Source: a virus | Lineage: Duplodnaviria > Caudoviricetes | Strand: one strand, 5' to 3' | Length of the DNA stretch: 52,927 bases | Virus record (IMG/VR): IMGVR_UViG_3300038330_000053 | Span: 1 to 52,927 of that record | In this document: in pieces, positions 35,735 through 45,520 of the stretch | Position numbering within the stretch: the first letter of the stretch is position 1 | Layout of the letters: every line of letters begins with the position of its first letter | Notes under the pieces: model-generated | What the model was told of the DNA's origin: nothing | Database searches by the model: none | The model's input: only the letters and a program-made list of their open reading frames with translations | Translations under genes and position numbers: made by a program

Positions 35735-36500
35735 CCCCGGGGACGACGAGGGCGCTGCCCCGCAGACCCCGCCCCCACCGCAGTATGTGCCACTCGAAGA
35801 GTTTCGGGCGTCGCAGGCCCAAACGCAGCAGACGCTCGCCGCGCTGAACGAAACGATGAGCGCGCTGCGCGAGGGCATCTCCGCCGCGTCCTCCCGCCCG
35901 CAGTACGTGATGCCGCCGCAGACCCAGGGCCGGGCGCTCACGCGGGGCCAGTGGATCGAGGCCGTGCAGACGGGCAACGAGGAGGTCATCGCGGCCTATG
36001 AGGAGCAGCAGAAGCAGGCGCTCCTGGCTGAGCACGTTCATCCGCTCCGCGACAACGGGCTGGAAGCGATTGCCAACCTCACGCGCAACACGACCGTCGG
36101 CCAGCTTCCGTACTATCAGCGCTTCAAGAAGGAAATCGACGGGTTCATCCAGAATCTCCCGGCCGGCATGAGAATGTCCGCCGAGGTCTATCAGACGGCC
36201 CACGAGGTCGTCGTGGGCCGGCACGCGGCCGAGTTGATCCAGGAAGCCAAGGAGGCCGCCCTCCGGGGCGATCCGGCTCCGGCCGAGCCCGCTGACGCTG
36301 GGCGGCGGTCTGTGCGAGCCGGCGGCGGTGGCGGTGGCACCGCCCGTGACCACCCGTCGGTGGAGGACCTGGGCGGCCGGGACGCGATGGACGCGCTGGC
36401 CGGCGCGGGGAAGGACCCGGATGCGATGGCCCAGCGGATGGGCTACGCCAACTGGAAGGACTACATGACCAAGACCCGCGACTACCAGGCGGTGCGCTAA
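35697..36500 (+). CDS. Putative capsid scaffolding protein
   Basis: Acidic/Pro N-terminus, helical body, MAQRMGY..W..Y tail; position. Confidence 0.7.
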   Translation: MPDTEPEWNPANSPGDDEGAAPQTPPPPQYVPLEEFRASQAQTQQTLAALNETMSALREGISAASSRPQYVMPPQTQGRALTRGQWIEAVQTGNEEVIAAYEEQQKQALLAEHVHPLRDNGLEAIANLTRNTTVGQLPYYQRFKKEIDGFIQNLPAGMRMSAEVYQTAHEVVVGRHAAELIQEAKEAALRGDPAPAEPADAGRRSVRAGGGGGGTARDHPSVEDLGGRDAMDALAGAGKDPDAMAQRMGYANWKDYMTKTRDYQAVR

Positions 36501-36502
36501 CG

Positions 36503-37231
36503 ATGGCCAAGCCCGATCCGGCGTTCCCCAAGCCTCCGGCCGGCCGCGTAGCGGCCGGCCGGCCTGCGCCTGTCTACCAGGGGCCGTCACCCGCTGATCT
36601 CCCGGCGGGCGATGCGCGGCGAGACGCGCAGCGCGAAGCCGCCGATGATCTGGCGGAGCAGGCCGCCAAGCAAGAGGTGGACGGCGGCGCAATCGACCCC
36701 AAGGCGTTCCGCATCGACCGCGAAATCGCCGCCCACTTCAACGAGTTGGAGGTCACCGAGGCGCAGCCCGAGTTCGAGTACTGCTGGGTCAACGCCGGCC
36801 ACGCCGGACGCTTCATCAAGGCCAAGCTCTCGGAGCGGGTGCGCCTGGGTGAGTCCATCGTCCCCGTGTGGGAAGTGGTGCAGGGCGACATGCCGGAGGC
36901 CCGCGAACTCCGGGGGATGATGGCCGACACCACCCGGCGGCTGGGCGACGTGATCCTGATGCGCGCCAAGAAGGATGCGTTCCTGCGGGTCAAGCAACTG
37001 CGCGAGGCGCGCCGGCAGGCGATGCACACCGGCACCACCACCGAACTCCAGGAGATGGCCGAGCAGCAGCGCCGGCTGGGCCGCTCCGTCGTGATCCGGA
37101 CGGACTTCGGGCCGGACCAACTGGAACAGATGGGTCGTCGCGCCCTGGTGCGCCAGCAGGCGGGCCAGATGATCGACGGCATGTTGCGCAACGGCACCGT
37201 GCCCGGCCTAGGTCGGCCGGGCTCTCGCTAA
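36503..37231 (+). CDS. Head-module protein of unknown function
   Basis: FEYCWVN...WEVV...GDVILM; between scaffold and capsid genes. Confidence 0.65.
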   Translation: MAKPDPAFPKPPAGRVAAGRPAPVYQGPSPADLPAGDARRDAQREAADDLAEQAAKQEVDGGAIDPKAFRIDREIAAHFNELEVTEAQPEFEYCWVNAGHAGRFIKAKLSERVRLGESIVPVWEVVQGDMPEARELRGMMADTTRRLGDVILMRAKKDAFLRVKQLREARRQAMHTGTTTELQEMAEQQRRLGRSVVIRTDFGPDQLEQMGRRALVRQQAGQMIDGMLRNGTVPGLGRPGSR

Positions 37232-37256
37232 CCTCTAGCGACAAGGGAGACCTCTC

Positions 37257-37772
37257 ATGCCTCTGACCACCCAGCCCCAGCCGCCGACCGTCGTGCGCTG
37301 CCCTGGCCTGTCCAGCATTCCCACGTTCCATGGCGAGGAGAAGGCCGCCTCGACCTTCAAGAAGGGCGCATTCCTGATCGATGACGATGCGGGCCTCCTG
37401 ACCGAGACCACCGCGCCGCTGAGCGCGGCGGCCGTGACGGGCCGCACGCTCGGCATGGCCCTGCACGACGCGACCGGCGTGACGGCGGCGGACGTGCCGT
37501 TCGTGTGGCTCGGCCCCCACACCATCATCGAGGTCACGCTGTCCGACGGCACGGCCGGCACGGCCACGCTGGCCCAGACCCACAAGTGGAAGGTCTATCC
37601 CCTCCTCAAGGGGACGGCCTACTGGTATGCGGACGCGGCGGCCGTGAGCGACACGGGTGGCCTCCTGATCACGGGATTCAAGGACCCCATCGGGACCGTC
37701 AATGCCCGCGTCCTCGGCGTCATCACCAACACCGTCCGTGGCGGCGCGAACGCTGCCAGCGGCATCATCTAG
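37257..37772 (+). CDS. Capsid decoration/cement protein
   Basis: Ala/Thr/Gly beta-rich; directly upstream of the MCP; AAGGGAG RBS. Confidence 0.65.
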   Translation: MPLTTQPQPPTVVRCPGLSSIPTFHGEEKAASTFKKGAFLIDDDAGLLTETTAPLSAAAVTGRTLGMALHDATGVTAADVPFVWLGPHTIIEVTLSDGTAGTATLAQTHKWKVYPLLKGTAYWYADAAAVSDTGGLLITGFKDPIGTVNARVLGVITNTVRGGANAASGII

Positions 37773-37791
37773 CCGCTAACAGGAGGAGCCC

Positions 37792-38697
37792 ATGCCCCCG
37801 ATTGTCCGAGGTGCCTTCTCACCCCTGCTCGCGCCTGACCTCCGCAAGGTCTACGTCGAGACCGGCAAGGAGCGGCCCGTCGAGTTCCGCCTGTGGTGCA
37901 ACGTCACCACGATGGAATGGAACCCGATGCGCGACCAGCAGATCAGCGGCCTGGGCACCATGCCGCAGAAGCCCGAGGGGACGGACTTCCTCCTGGACCA
38001 GCCCATCCTGGGCGGCAACAAGTCGTACCTCGCCGCGCCCTACGGCCTGGGCGTGGAGATCACGTGGGAGATGTGGCGCGACGACCTGTACGGCGTCATG
38101 CGGGAACTCGTCGCGGGCCTGGCCCGCGCGTCCCGCAACCGGATGGAAGTGAGCGGGCACGCGGTCCTGAACAACGCGTTCAACACGGCGTTCTCCGGGT
38201 TCACAGCGGGTGAAGCGCTGTGCAGCGCGGCGCACGCCGGGTTGGACGGCGTCACCCGCGCGAACCGGCCGTCACCGGACATCGGCTTCAGCGTGACCGG
38301 CATCCAGGCCGCCATCGCCCGCTTCGAGGGCATGACGGACGAGCGCGGCCTCCCGCGCCTCATGTCCCCGATCCTCGCGTTCGTGGGCCCCTCGAACAAG
38401 TATGTGGCCCGTGAGATCCTGGGATCGAGCGGCAAGCCGTACACGGCGGACAACGAGATCAACGCCCTGATCGAAGAGGATCTGTCGTGGATGATCGGCC
38501 ACTACTTCTCCACATCCACGATGTGGTTCCTCATGGCCGCCAAGGGCGTCCACGACCTCAACATGATGATGCGGGACGAGCCGATCTTCGATTCGTTCGA
38601 TGATCCCCGCAACAAGAACGCGGTGTTCACCAGCTACCAGCGCCACACGGACTCGCAGTACGGGGCGTGGCGCGGGATCGACGGGAGCACCGGCTGA
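37792..38697 (+). CDS. Major capsid protein (Mu gpT-like HK97 fold)
   Basis: GLG.MP.KPEG, YGLGVEITWEM..DDLYG, GEALCSAAH, NEIN, WF, WRGIDGSTG; AGGAGGAG RBS. Confidence 0.9.
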   Translation: MPPIVRGAFSPLLAPDLRKVYVETGKERPVEFRLWCNVTTMEWNPMRDQQISGLGTMPQKPEGTDFLLDQPILGGNKSYLAAPYGLGVEITWEMWRDDLYGVMRELVAGLARASRNRMEVSGHAVLNNAFNTAFSGFTAGEALCSAAHAGLDGVTRANRPSPDIGFSVTGIQAAIARFEGMTDERGLPRLMSPILAFVGPSNKYVAREILGSSGKPYTADNEINALIEEDLSWMIGHYFSTSTMWFLMAAKGVHDLNMMMRDEPIFDSFDDPRNKNAVFTSYQRHTDSQYGAWRGIDGSTG

Positions 38698-38948
38698 TGC
38701 CCAAGGGCGTGACCTACCACGAGAGCGTCGGCTTCATCCCGGACGCGGCCGTGGGCGGCACCGCACCGCCCAGCGTGCCCCTGGACCGCACGACCGCCCC
38801 CTACATCTGCTCGGGCACGGGGCCGCCCACGTTCGCCGCGCCCAAGGGCAGCCTCTTCATCAACCTGGGGGGCAGCGGGACGGCCAACCGCCTCTACGTC
38901 AACACGACGGGCTCGACCGCCTGGGCCGCCGTGACGACGGCCTCCTGA
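38697..38948 (+). CDS. Small head fibre/decoration-like protein
   Basis: GTGPP...APKGSLF...RLYVN...W; TGATG coupling. Confidence 0.65.
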   Translation: MPKGVTYHESVGFIPDAAVGGTAPPSVPLDRTTAPYICSGTGPPTFAAPKGSLFINLGGSGTANRLYVNTTGSTAWAAVTTAS

Positions 38949-39184
38949 TGCCCGCCGTCAGCAAGGCGCAGCACGGCTTCATGGGCCTCGTCCGGGGCGT
39001 GAAAGAGGGGACCACCAAGTTGGCGGACGTGAAGAACCCCAAGAAGGTGGGCGAGGCCGCGAAGAGCATGAGCCGGGAGTCGCTGCGCGAGTACACCGCG
39101 ACCCGCACGGGTGGGCTCCCGACCCACGCGAAGGGGCAAGCGCCCGCGCCGAGCGGCCGGGCGAACCGCTACCGTAGCACCTAG
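38948..39184 (+). CDS. DUF3008-like small basic protein
   Basis: MPAVSKAQ...SMSRESLREYTAT...LP. Confidence 0.7.
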   Translation: MPAVSKAQHGFMGLVRGVKEGTTKLADVKNPKKVGEAAKSMSRESLREYTATRTGGLPTHAKGQAPAPSGRANRYRST

Positions 39185-39186
39185 CC

Positions 39187-39714
39187 ATGCCGCAGCGGCG
39201 CACGCCGGGTGACGACGATCCCATGTGGCTCGGCGGCGATGTGCCGGGCGAGCGCACGACGCACTACTTCGCACGCGGGCCGCGCGAGGGCGCAACGCGG
39301 CCCAACCGGGCCGTAGACGCACCGCAGCCCGAGGGCACCGAGGCCGACTACGCCGGGCCCGGCCTGTCGCCCGCCGACCTCGCGGCGCTCGGTGAGGCGT
39401 TCAAGACCTCGGAGTTCTACCGCACCATCACGGAGAACCTCCCACCGGCCTGGGGTCAGCAGTGGGAACTGATGTCGGGGGCAGCGACGCTGCCGCCGGG
39501 CCAACTCCACTTGACCGATACTCAGATCGATCATTACATGGAGATTCTGCAGAACGAGGGTCCCGAGTCCGCCAACCACTTTGCGGCGAAGTCGCGGCAA
39601 GAGAACTGGGACGCAGCGGGCGGTAACCTCCCGCCGCGCTACCGCGCGCCCAAGCCGAGCCCTCGGAGCGAGAAGGGCTACGGCGGTCCACGGCTCCACG
39701 GCGCGAAGGGGTAG
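39187..39714 (+). CDS. Hypothetical protein, 175 aa
   Basis: Tight spacing in the late operon. Confidence 0.6.
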   Translation: MPQRRTPGDDDPMWLGGDVPGERTTHYFARGPREGATRPNRAVDAPQPEGTEADYAGPGLSPADLAALGEAFKTSEFYRTITENLPPAWGQQWELMSGAATLPPGQLHLTDTQIDHYMEILQNEGPESANHFAAKSRQENWDAAGGNLPPRYRAPKPSPRSEKGYGGPRLHGAKG

Positions 39715-39719
39715 CCGCG

Positions 39720-40670
39720 ATGGCCACCGTACAGGACGTGGCCCGCCAGGTGTTGGCGGCCATCGACACCACCGCCGGTCACTTGCTCTGTTGTCAGTGG
39801 GTCGCGCAGCGCTACACCCAACTGTGCTCGCGGGCCCGGTTCCGCCACCTCCGCCGCGTCGGCGCGGTCATGCTGCCCGCGCCCGTGACGGACGGCACCA
39901 TCACCATCGCGGAGGGCTCGGACACCGTCGTGGGCGATGCGACCGCGTCAGCCGCGTGGGCCACGCAGGATCTGGTCGGGTGGCACCTCCGCACCCGGAC
40001 CAACTGGTCCCGTGTCGTGGCGCGGGTGGGGCCGGCGACGCTCCGGCTGGCGAGCCCGCAGACCGAGGGCGACAACGTCGCCGCCACGTACCAGCTTGTC
40101 CGGCGGTACGTGCCCCTCGCGCCGGAGGCGCGGTGGCTCACGCAGGACGGGTTCGTCCTGCAACGGACGTGGACCCCGCTGCGGCCCCAGCCGCTCGCCG
40201 CGCTGGACTACCAAGCGCCGAGCCGCCCGCTGGTCGGACCCTGGCCGCTGACGTGGACCCAGGTGGAGTCCCTCGCGGATGGGACCATCCAGATCGAGTT
40301 CTACCCCATCTCGTCGCAGATCGAGACGGTCTCCTACGTGTACTGGGCCGTCCCGCCGGAACTCGCGATGGACGCCGAGGTGCCCTCCACGATTGACGCG
40401 GGGGTGCTGGTGGAGGGGGCGCTCCACGACGCCATGCGCTACAACGCCGCCAAGGCCGCCAACGCGGGCAACATCGAGGCGGCCGGCTACTGGCGCAACG
40501 AGTACCGCGCCCAGAACCTCGTGTGGGAACGGCGCATCCTCGAAGCGATCCGGACGGATCGCGGCCTGGACGACGTGACCCTGATCCTCCAGATGCAGAA
40601 CGCCTACTACGGCGTGCCGCAGGATCTGATGACGGCGCGCGACCACATCTGGTACGGATGGCGGCCATGA
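39720..40670 (+). CDS. Head-tail adaptor-like protein with inserted beta domain
   Basis: TVQDVARQV N-terminal helix; FYP; LVEGAL C-terminal helices. Confidence 0.65.
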   Translation: MATVQDVARQVLAAIDTTAGHLLCCQWVAQRYTQLCSRARFRHLRRVGAVMLPAPVTDGTITIAEGSDTVVGDATASAAWATQDLVGWHLRTRTNWSRVVARVGPATLRLASPQTEGDNVAATYQLVRRYVPLAPEARWLTQDGFVLQRTWTPLRPQPLAALDYQAPSRPLVGPWPLTWTQVESLADGTIQIEFYPISSQIETVSYVYWAVPPELAMDAEVPSTIDAGVLVEGALHDAMRYNAAKAANAGNIEAAGYWRNEYRAQNLVWERRILEAIRTDRGLDDVTLILQMQNAYYGVPQDLMTARDHIWYGWRP

Positions 40671-40728
40671 GTCCGCGAGCGCGTGCCCCCCTGTTGGGGG
40701 CACGGGCGAGCGGGGGCGTCTAGCCCCG

Positions 40729-41298
40729 ATGGCCGTCGAGGCCGGCACGCTGGTGGACCGCGTGCTCCAGCGCATCCGCGACGAGCGCGCCACCGGGACC
40801 GCGCGCACGCTCGTGCGCGCGGTCATGACCCATGCGCAGCGCCTCGTGAACGGGAAGCTGGGCCTCGTCATTCGGGACCTCGCGTTCCCCACGGTGGCGT
40901 ATCAGGGCGTCTACCCGCTTGCGACGCTCGCGCCCACGGCGTTGCGCGTGCTGGGCGTGCAGCAGGGCCCCCGCGACCTCACGGAGGTGCCGTGGCAGGA
41001 GTTCGCGTACGAGCGACGCACGTGGCTGCGCGACGCGCGCAGCCGCTACGAGAGCTACGCCCTGATCGGGCGCAACATGCTGGTCCTGTACCCGACCCTG
41101 GCAGAGCCAGGGTCGGTCTCGCTGCGCGTGGCCGTGCTGACCATCGATCTCGCGTCCGACGCGAGCGAGATCGAGTTGCCCGATGAGTACCACCCGCTCC
41201 TCGTGGACCTGACGAGCGCGGTCCTGCTCGTGCGCCAGCGCACGTTCCTGTCCGTGGGCACGCTCGCGGACGCCATCGCCAAGCGGACGGCCGCGTGA
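40729..41298 (+). CDS. Head-tail adaptor-like protein
   Basis: LVDRVLQRIRD...YPL...LYPT...LPDEYHPLLVD. Confidence 0.7.
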   Translation: MAVEAGTLVDRVLQRIRDERATGTARTLVRAVMTHAQRLVNGKLGLVIRDLAFPTVAYQGVYPLATLAPTALRVLGVQQGPRDLTEVPWQEFAYERRTWLRDARSRYESYALIGRNMLVLYPTLAEPGSVSLRVAVLTIDLASDASEIELPDEYHPLLVDLTSAVLLVRQRTFLSVGTLADAIAKRTAA

Positions 41299-41879
41299 GC
41301 CGGGCCAGCGTCATCGCGCTCGCGCAGGCCCTGGCCAACGACCAGGCGGACCCCACCAGCCTGGAGCGCTACTACGACGACGCGGTCACGGACCTCGCGC
41401 AGAGCACCATGTGGATGGTGCTGGAGATCGTGACGGGCACGCCCGGCGTCGCCATCTATGATCGGCCCGCGCGCGTGGCGGACCTGGTGACCGTGTTCTA
41501 CGACGACACGATGCTCTCACTGGCGACGCACCGGGAGATGGACGCCCTGTCCCCTGAGTGGCGGACGCACGTCGGCCGGCCGACGGCCTACCTCTACGAG
41601 GACATCAGCTATACCCAGGTCCAGGTCTATCCCATCCCCACGGACACGGGCACGCCGGTCATTCCGGTGCATGGCGCGCCCTTCGGCCTGGACTACCCCG
41701 TCGGCTCGCTGGCCATCCTCGCGACCGCGCGGATGGACGACATGCCCGTATGGATGGATCTGCCGCTCGCGCTCGCGCTCCTGCAGCGGGAGTACAGCCG
41801 GCCGTCGCCGCACATGGACCCGGGCTTCGCGGAGGGGTGTAAGGCGCTGGGCCTGCTGTGCGCCACGATGGTGGCCTAG
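41295..41879 (+). CDS. Head-tail adaptor-like protein
   Basis: MDALSPEWRT..GRPTAY...VYPIP; GTGA coupling. Confidence 0.7.
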   Translation: MSRASVIALAQALANDQADPTSLERYYDDAVTDLAQSTMWMVLEIVTGTPGVAIYDRPARVADLVTVFYDDTMLSLATHREMDALSPEWRTHVGRPTAYLYEDISYTQVQVYPIPTDTGTPVIPVHGAPFGLDYPVGSLAILATARMDDMPVWMDLPLALALLQREYSRPSPHMDPGFAEGCKALGLLCATMVA

Positions 41880-41883
41880 CGGC

Positions 41884-42057
41884 ATGGACATCATCCGGGA
41901 CACGTCGAGCACGCGGCCGGCGGACACGCTGTCCGTGGAGGAACTCAACCGGGTGATCGTGGACCTGAACGCCCGGCTGGACGCGCTCTGGGACACGCTG
42001 GCGCAGGTGGCGGCCGGCCTGCCACGCGAGCCCCCGCAACCCCGAGGGCAGCGCTAA
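41884..42057 (+). CDS. Small coiled-coil protein
   Basis: VEELNRVIVDLNARLDAL. Confidence 0.55.
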   Translation: MDIIRDTSSTRPADTLSVEELNRVIVDLNARLDALWDTLAQVAAGLPREPPQPRGQR

Positions 42058-42062
42058 CCCCT

Positions 42063-43979
42063 ATGCCCGTGGTGCGCATCCGGTGGCGTGACTTCACCAA
42101 GGGCTGGTGGGGCACGGGCGCACGCGACGCGCAGCCCGACGGCACGCTGCGCCGCGCCGTGGGCATCCACTACACCAAGATGACGGAGTTGCGGAGCCGG
42201 TACGGCTGCACGGTCCTGGCGAACCTGGACGCCCACTCCGTGGCGCGCTACAACCATCACCGCTACATGGGCGTGGACACGGGGTTCTGGGTCGATGGCC
42301 TCACGGTGCTCCAAGGTGGGCTGGACGGCAGCAAGCTCACGTGCGTGCGGGCCCAGCCCACGGTGGACGTGGAGGACTACCTGTTCGTCGCGGGGGGCGG
42401 CCTCCTCTTCAAGGTGGGCCCCGACAACGTCGCGAGCCTGTGGGGCATCGAGCCGCCGCCCAACGGCTTCCTGGCCGGCGCGAACACGGCCGGCGACATC
42501 GTCATCGATGAGATGGAGACGGCCGCCGCCTGGACCGCCGTCTCGTGTGTCCTCGCGGACGAGGCCGTCATCAAGCAGCAGGGCACCAACGCCATGAAGA
42601 TGACGGTCGCGGCCTCCACGACGGGGACGGCCACCAAGGCCATCACGGTGGACCTCGCCACGTTCGGCAGCGGCGTGGACTCCCCCGAGGAAGACTTCAT
42701 CAGCTTGTGGGTCCGCGTGGACCACCCGGAGCGGGTGGAGGCGCTCACGCTCTCATTCGATGTGGCCGGCACCGTGTTCGCCGCCGATTACTACGTGCGG
42801 GACGTGGTGCCCTCGGAGCAACGGGTCGCGCCGGGGCAACTCTCGACACAGACTGGCGGCATCGCCGCGTACCGCTACAGTCCGCAGGCGGGGCAGACGG
42901 TCGCGGTCCTGCCGGACGCGAACACGGGCGAGTGGCGACTGTTCACCATCTCGCCCGATGGCGGCATCAGCCAGCAGGTGCATGACCCCGCCGTGCTCGC
43001 GGAGTTTCAGGGCGGGGCGACGCAGTCGTTCCTGCCCGCGACGCTCGATACGTGGACGTTTGTGCGGCTGCCCAAATCGACGTTTGCGCGGGTGGGCGGC
43101 GGCGCAGGGACGTGGGCCACGGTCCAGGCGGTCAAGATCCAGATGCGCACGAACGCGCTGGGCGAGGCCATCGCCTACCTCGATGCGATGCACGCGCAGG
43201 GCGGCGTGGGCCTCCAGGGGACCTACACGTACCACGTCACCTACCTCAACGCGGTGACGGGCACTCGCTCGAATCCGAATCCGACGCCCGTCGTGGTGCC
43301 CACAGTGGCGCGCGGGGGCGTCACGCTGACGAACCTGCCCGAGAGCACGGACCCCCAGGTGACGCACGTCGAAATCTTTCGCACCGTGGGCAACGGCACG
43401 CTCCACTTCAAGGTCGGAGAGGTCACGAACGGGACGGCCCTGTGGGTGGACGAGGTGTCCGACGCGGCGACGCTGGACTCGCGGCCCGATGTCGCGCTCA
43501 TGACGGACATCGAGTTGCCGTTCGATAACCTGCGGCCCGACGATGCGTGGGACGACGTGTTCGGCCCCTACGCGGGCTGCCTCTTCTGGACCCGGTCGCC
43601 CAACGCCGGGGAGCGGGGCAAGGTGTTCTTCTCGCCGCCGGGGCGGACGGAGGTGGCGGGCGGCTACATCACCATCTCGTCGGACGACGAGCCCGCCCTC
43701 AAGGGCGTCGTCTTCAACGGCTCGGCGTACGTGTGGACGACGAAGGGCGTGTACCAGATCATCGGCGCGGGCCCGTTCAGCAGTCGGCGGGTGTACGGCG
43801 TGCCCGGCACGCTGTGGCCGCTGGCCATCGCGCTCACACCGTACGGCGTGGCGTACCTGGCGAACGATGGGCCTCGGATCTTCGATGGGAACACGTCCAA
43901 GCTCATCGCGAACGCGCCCATCTCGCTGCTGTTCCGCGACGAGTCCGTCGAGAACATCCGCTTCGTGCTGGATGCGTGA
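42063..43979 (+). CDS. Tail nozzle-like protein, N-terminal part
   Basis: DFTKG..LRSRYG start; YTYHVTY..TRSNP..VEIFRT; propeller blades; follows the adaptors. Confidence 0.7.
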   Translation: MPVVRIRWRDFTKGWWGTGARDAQPDGTLRRAVGIHYTKMTELRSRYGCTVLANLDAHSVARYNHHRYMGVDTGFWVDGLTVLQGGLDGSKLTCVRAQPTVDVEDYLFVAGGGLLFKVGPDNVASLWGIEPPPNGFLAGANTAGDIVIDEMETAAAWTAVSCVLADEAVIKQQGTNAMKMTVAASTTGTATKAITVDLATFGSGVDSPEEDFISLWVRVDHPERVEALTLSFDVAGTVFAADYYVRDVVPSEQRVAPGQLSTQTGGIAAYRYSPQAGQTVAVLPDANTGEWRLFTISPDGGISQQVHDPAVLAEFQGGATQSFLPATLDTWTFVRLPKSTFARVGGGAGTWATVQAVKIQMRTNALGEAIAYLDAMHAQGGVGLQGTYTYHVTYLNAVTGTRSNPNPTPVVVPTVARGGVTLTNLPESTDPQVTHVEIFRTVGNGTLHFKVGEVTNGTALWVDEVSDAATLDSRPDVALMTDIELPFDNLRPDDAWDDVFGPYAGCLFWTRSPNAGERGKVFFSPPGRTEVAGGYITISSDDEPALKGVVFNGSAYVWTTKGVYQIIGAGPFSSRRVYGVPGTLWPLAIALTPYGVAYLANDGPRIFDGNTSKLIANAPISLLFRDESVENIRFVLDA

Positions 43980-43994
43980 GGACCGCTAACGAAC

Positions 43995-45227
43995 GTGGCC
44001 ATCGACCACATGGACTGGACGCGGCGCGCTGTGCTCGACCCCATCAACCGGCTCGTCTGGACCGTCCAGTCCCCGACGACGCAGCAGGAAGGGACGGCGT
44101 ACGGCCTGGCCGTGTTCAGTGATGGGTCCATCACCGCGTTCATCTCCGATACGTGGTGGGTCGCCGGGATCGGACGTGGGCTACGACTCGTGCGCTCAAT
44201 CGACGGCGGAACGACGTGGACCGGCATGGATTCGGACGGTGTCAAGACCAAGCTCACGTACTACAACACCTCCGACCCGATCCGTCAGCACGGTGACACG
44301 GTGTGGCTGCCGACGGGAACGTGGGCGAACAACTCGGCGAACTGGACCACGATCTGCAACACCACACCGTCGCTCCTCGGGACCTTCTTCGCCCTGGCGA
44401 CCGACGGCGTGACCCTCACCCCGCTCGGGGTCCACGACCCCGCGTTCAGCTACAACCTGTACAGCGTCGTGGCCGCCGCGACGCCGCTGCTCTACGCGGG
44501 GCAGATCGGGGTCCAACCGGCGTTCGACCCGATCTACACTGAGCGGGGCTACGTGTTCGCCCAGACGGGCGCGTTCGGATCGGACCCGACGATGAACACG
44601 ATGGTCTCCGGCGTCCAGATCCCCGGCACGGATCACGTCGTCGCGGCGGGCACGCAGGTCCCGGTCGGCGGGGGGACGGCGGTCCAGCGGGTGATGCGAT
44701 CCACGGACGGGGGCGCGACGTGGACGATGGTCACCCCCGATCCCACGCGCACCTATGCGTCCGTCCAGTACTTCCCGTCGATCAGCCGCCTCCTAATGGG
44801 CGGGAACCGGGGGTGGTACAGCGACGACGAGGGCGTGACCTGGACCCAGATGTTCGGTGGCAGCATCTCGCAGTTCTGCCAGGTCACCGACGACGTGTTC
44901 GTCGCGGCGGGATCGGGCTGGGCGACTTGGTCGCAGGATCGCGGGCAGACGTGGGGCAACAGCGGGGCGACGTACACGCCGCCCCGCGATCCCGTGACCT
45001 ATTCTCCCCGTAGTATCGTGCGTCTGCCCGACGGCGTGTCGGTCCTCATGCTCGTCGTCAAGGGGAGTGCGCCCGGGGCAGCCGCCGAGGTGTGGCGCGG
45101 GACCTTTGACCCACCGCTAGCGCCGCCTGCGCCGCCTGCGCCGCCTGCGCCTGAGCCGCTCGCGCCAACGGTTCAGAGTGCGCGCGAACGGCTCAGCTTG
45201 CGCATCGTCGGGACCTATGTGCCATGA
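43995..45227 (+). CDS. BNR/Asp-box beta-propeller protein, cassette 1
   Basis: RSIDGGTTW, RSTDGGATW, SDDEGVTW, SQDRGQTW; Pro linker; ends SLRIVGTYVP. Confidence 0.85.
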   Translation: MAIDHMDWTRRAVLDPINRLVWTVQSPTTQQEGTAYGLAVFSDGSITAFISDTWWVAGIGRGLRLVRSIDGGTTWTGMDSDGVKTKLTYYNTSDPIRQHGDTVWLPTGTWANNSANWTTICNTTPSLLGTFFALATDGVTLTPLGVHDPAFSYNLYSVVAAATPLLYAGQIGVQPAFDPIYTERGYVFAQTGAFGSDPTMNTMVSGVQIPGTDHVVAAGTQVPVGGGTAVQRVMRSTDGGATWTMVTPDPTRTYASVQYFPSISRLLMGGNRGWYSDDEGVTWTQMFGGSISQFCQVTDDVFVAAGSGWATWSQDRGQTWGNSGATYTPPRDPVTYSPRSIVRLPDGVSVLMLVVKGSAPGAAAEVWRGTFDPPLAPPAPPAPPAPEPLAPTVQSARERLSLRIVGTYVP

Positions 45228-45520
45228 CGCTCACACGCATCGAGCAACGCCTCATCAAGAAGACGCACTACTTCGGGCGTGACCTGGGCACGCTCGGGAA
45301 CCTCTGACTCGTGGCACGTGTGGCCCGCCGTCGGCGGGCTGAGTTCCGGCGGGGACCGGACGGGCTGGAGCCGGTGGACGCGACGAGCGCGGCGATCCTC
45401 CGCGCCACGACCGACGACGTGGCCGCGTACCTGGGGTTCGCGGACGCGACGGCGTACGACGCGGCGACCCCGGAGGAGCGGCAGCAGCGCGCACAGGACG
45501 CTGTGATTGAGGGCGACTGA
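45224..45520 (+). CDS. Small ORF with in-frame TGA at 45305 (or two tiny genes, 45224-45307 and 45311-45520)
   Basis: Both parts are in the same frame; coupled to both neighbours. Confidence 0.45.

Noticed and set aside
45305-45307. Genome-wide stop-codon reassignment
   Set aside because: TGA, TAG and TAA all end well-defined genes, many with start/stop coupling; only one in-frame TGA was seen.
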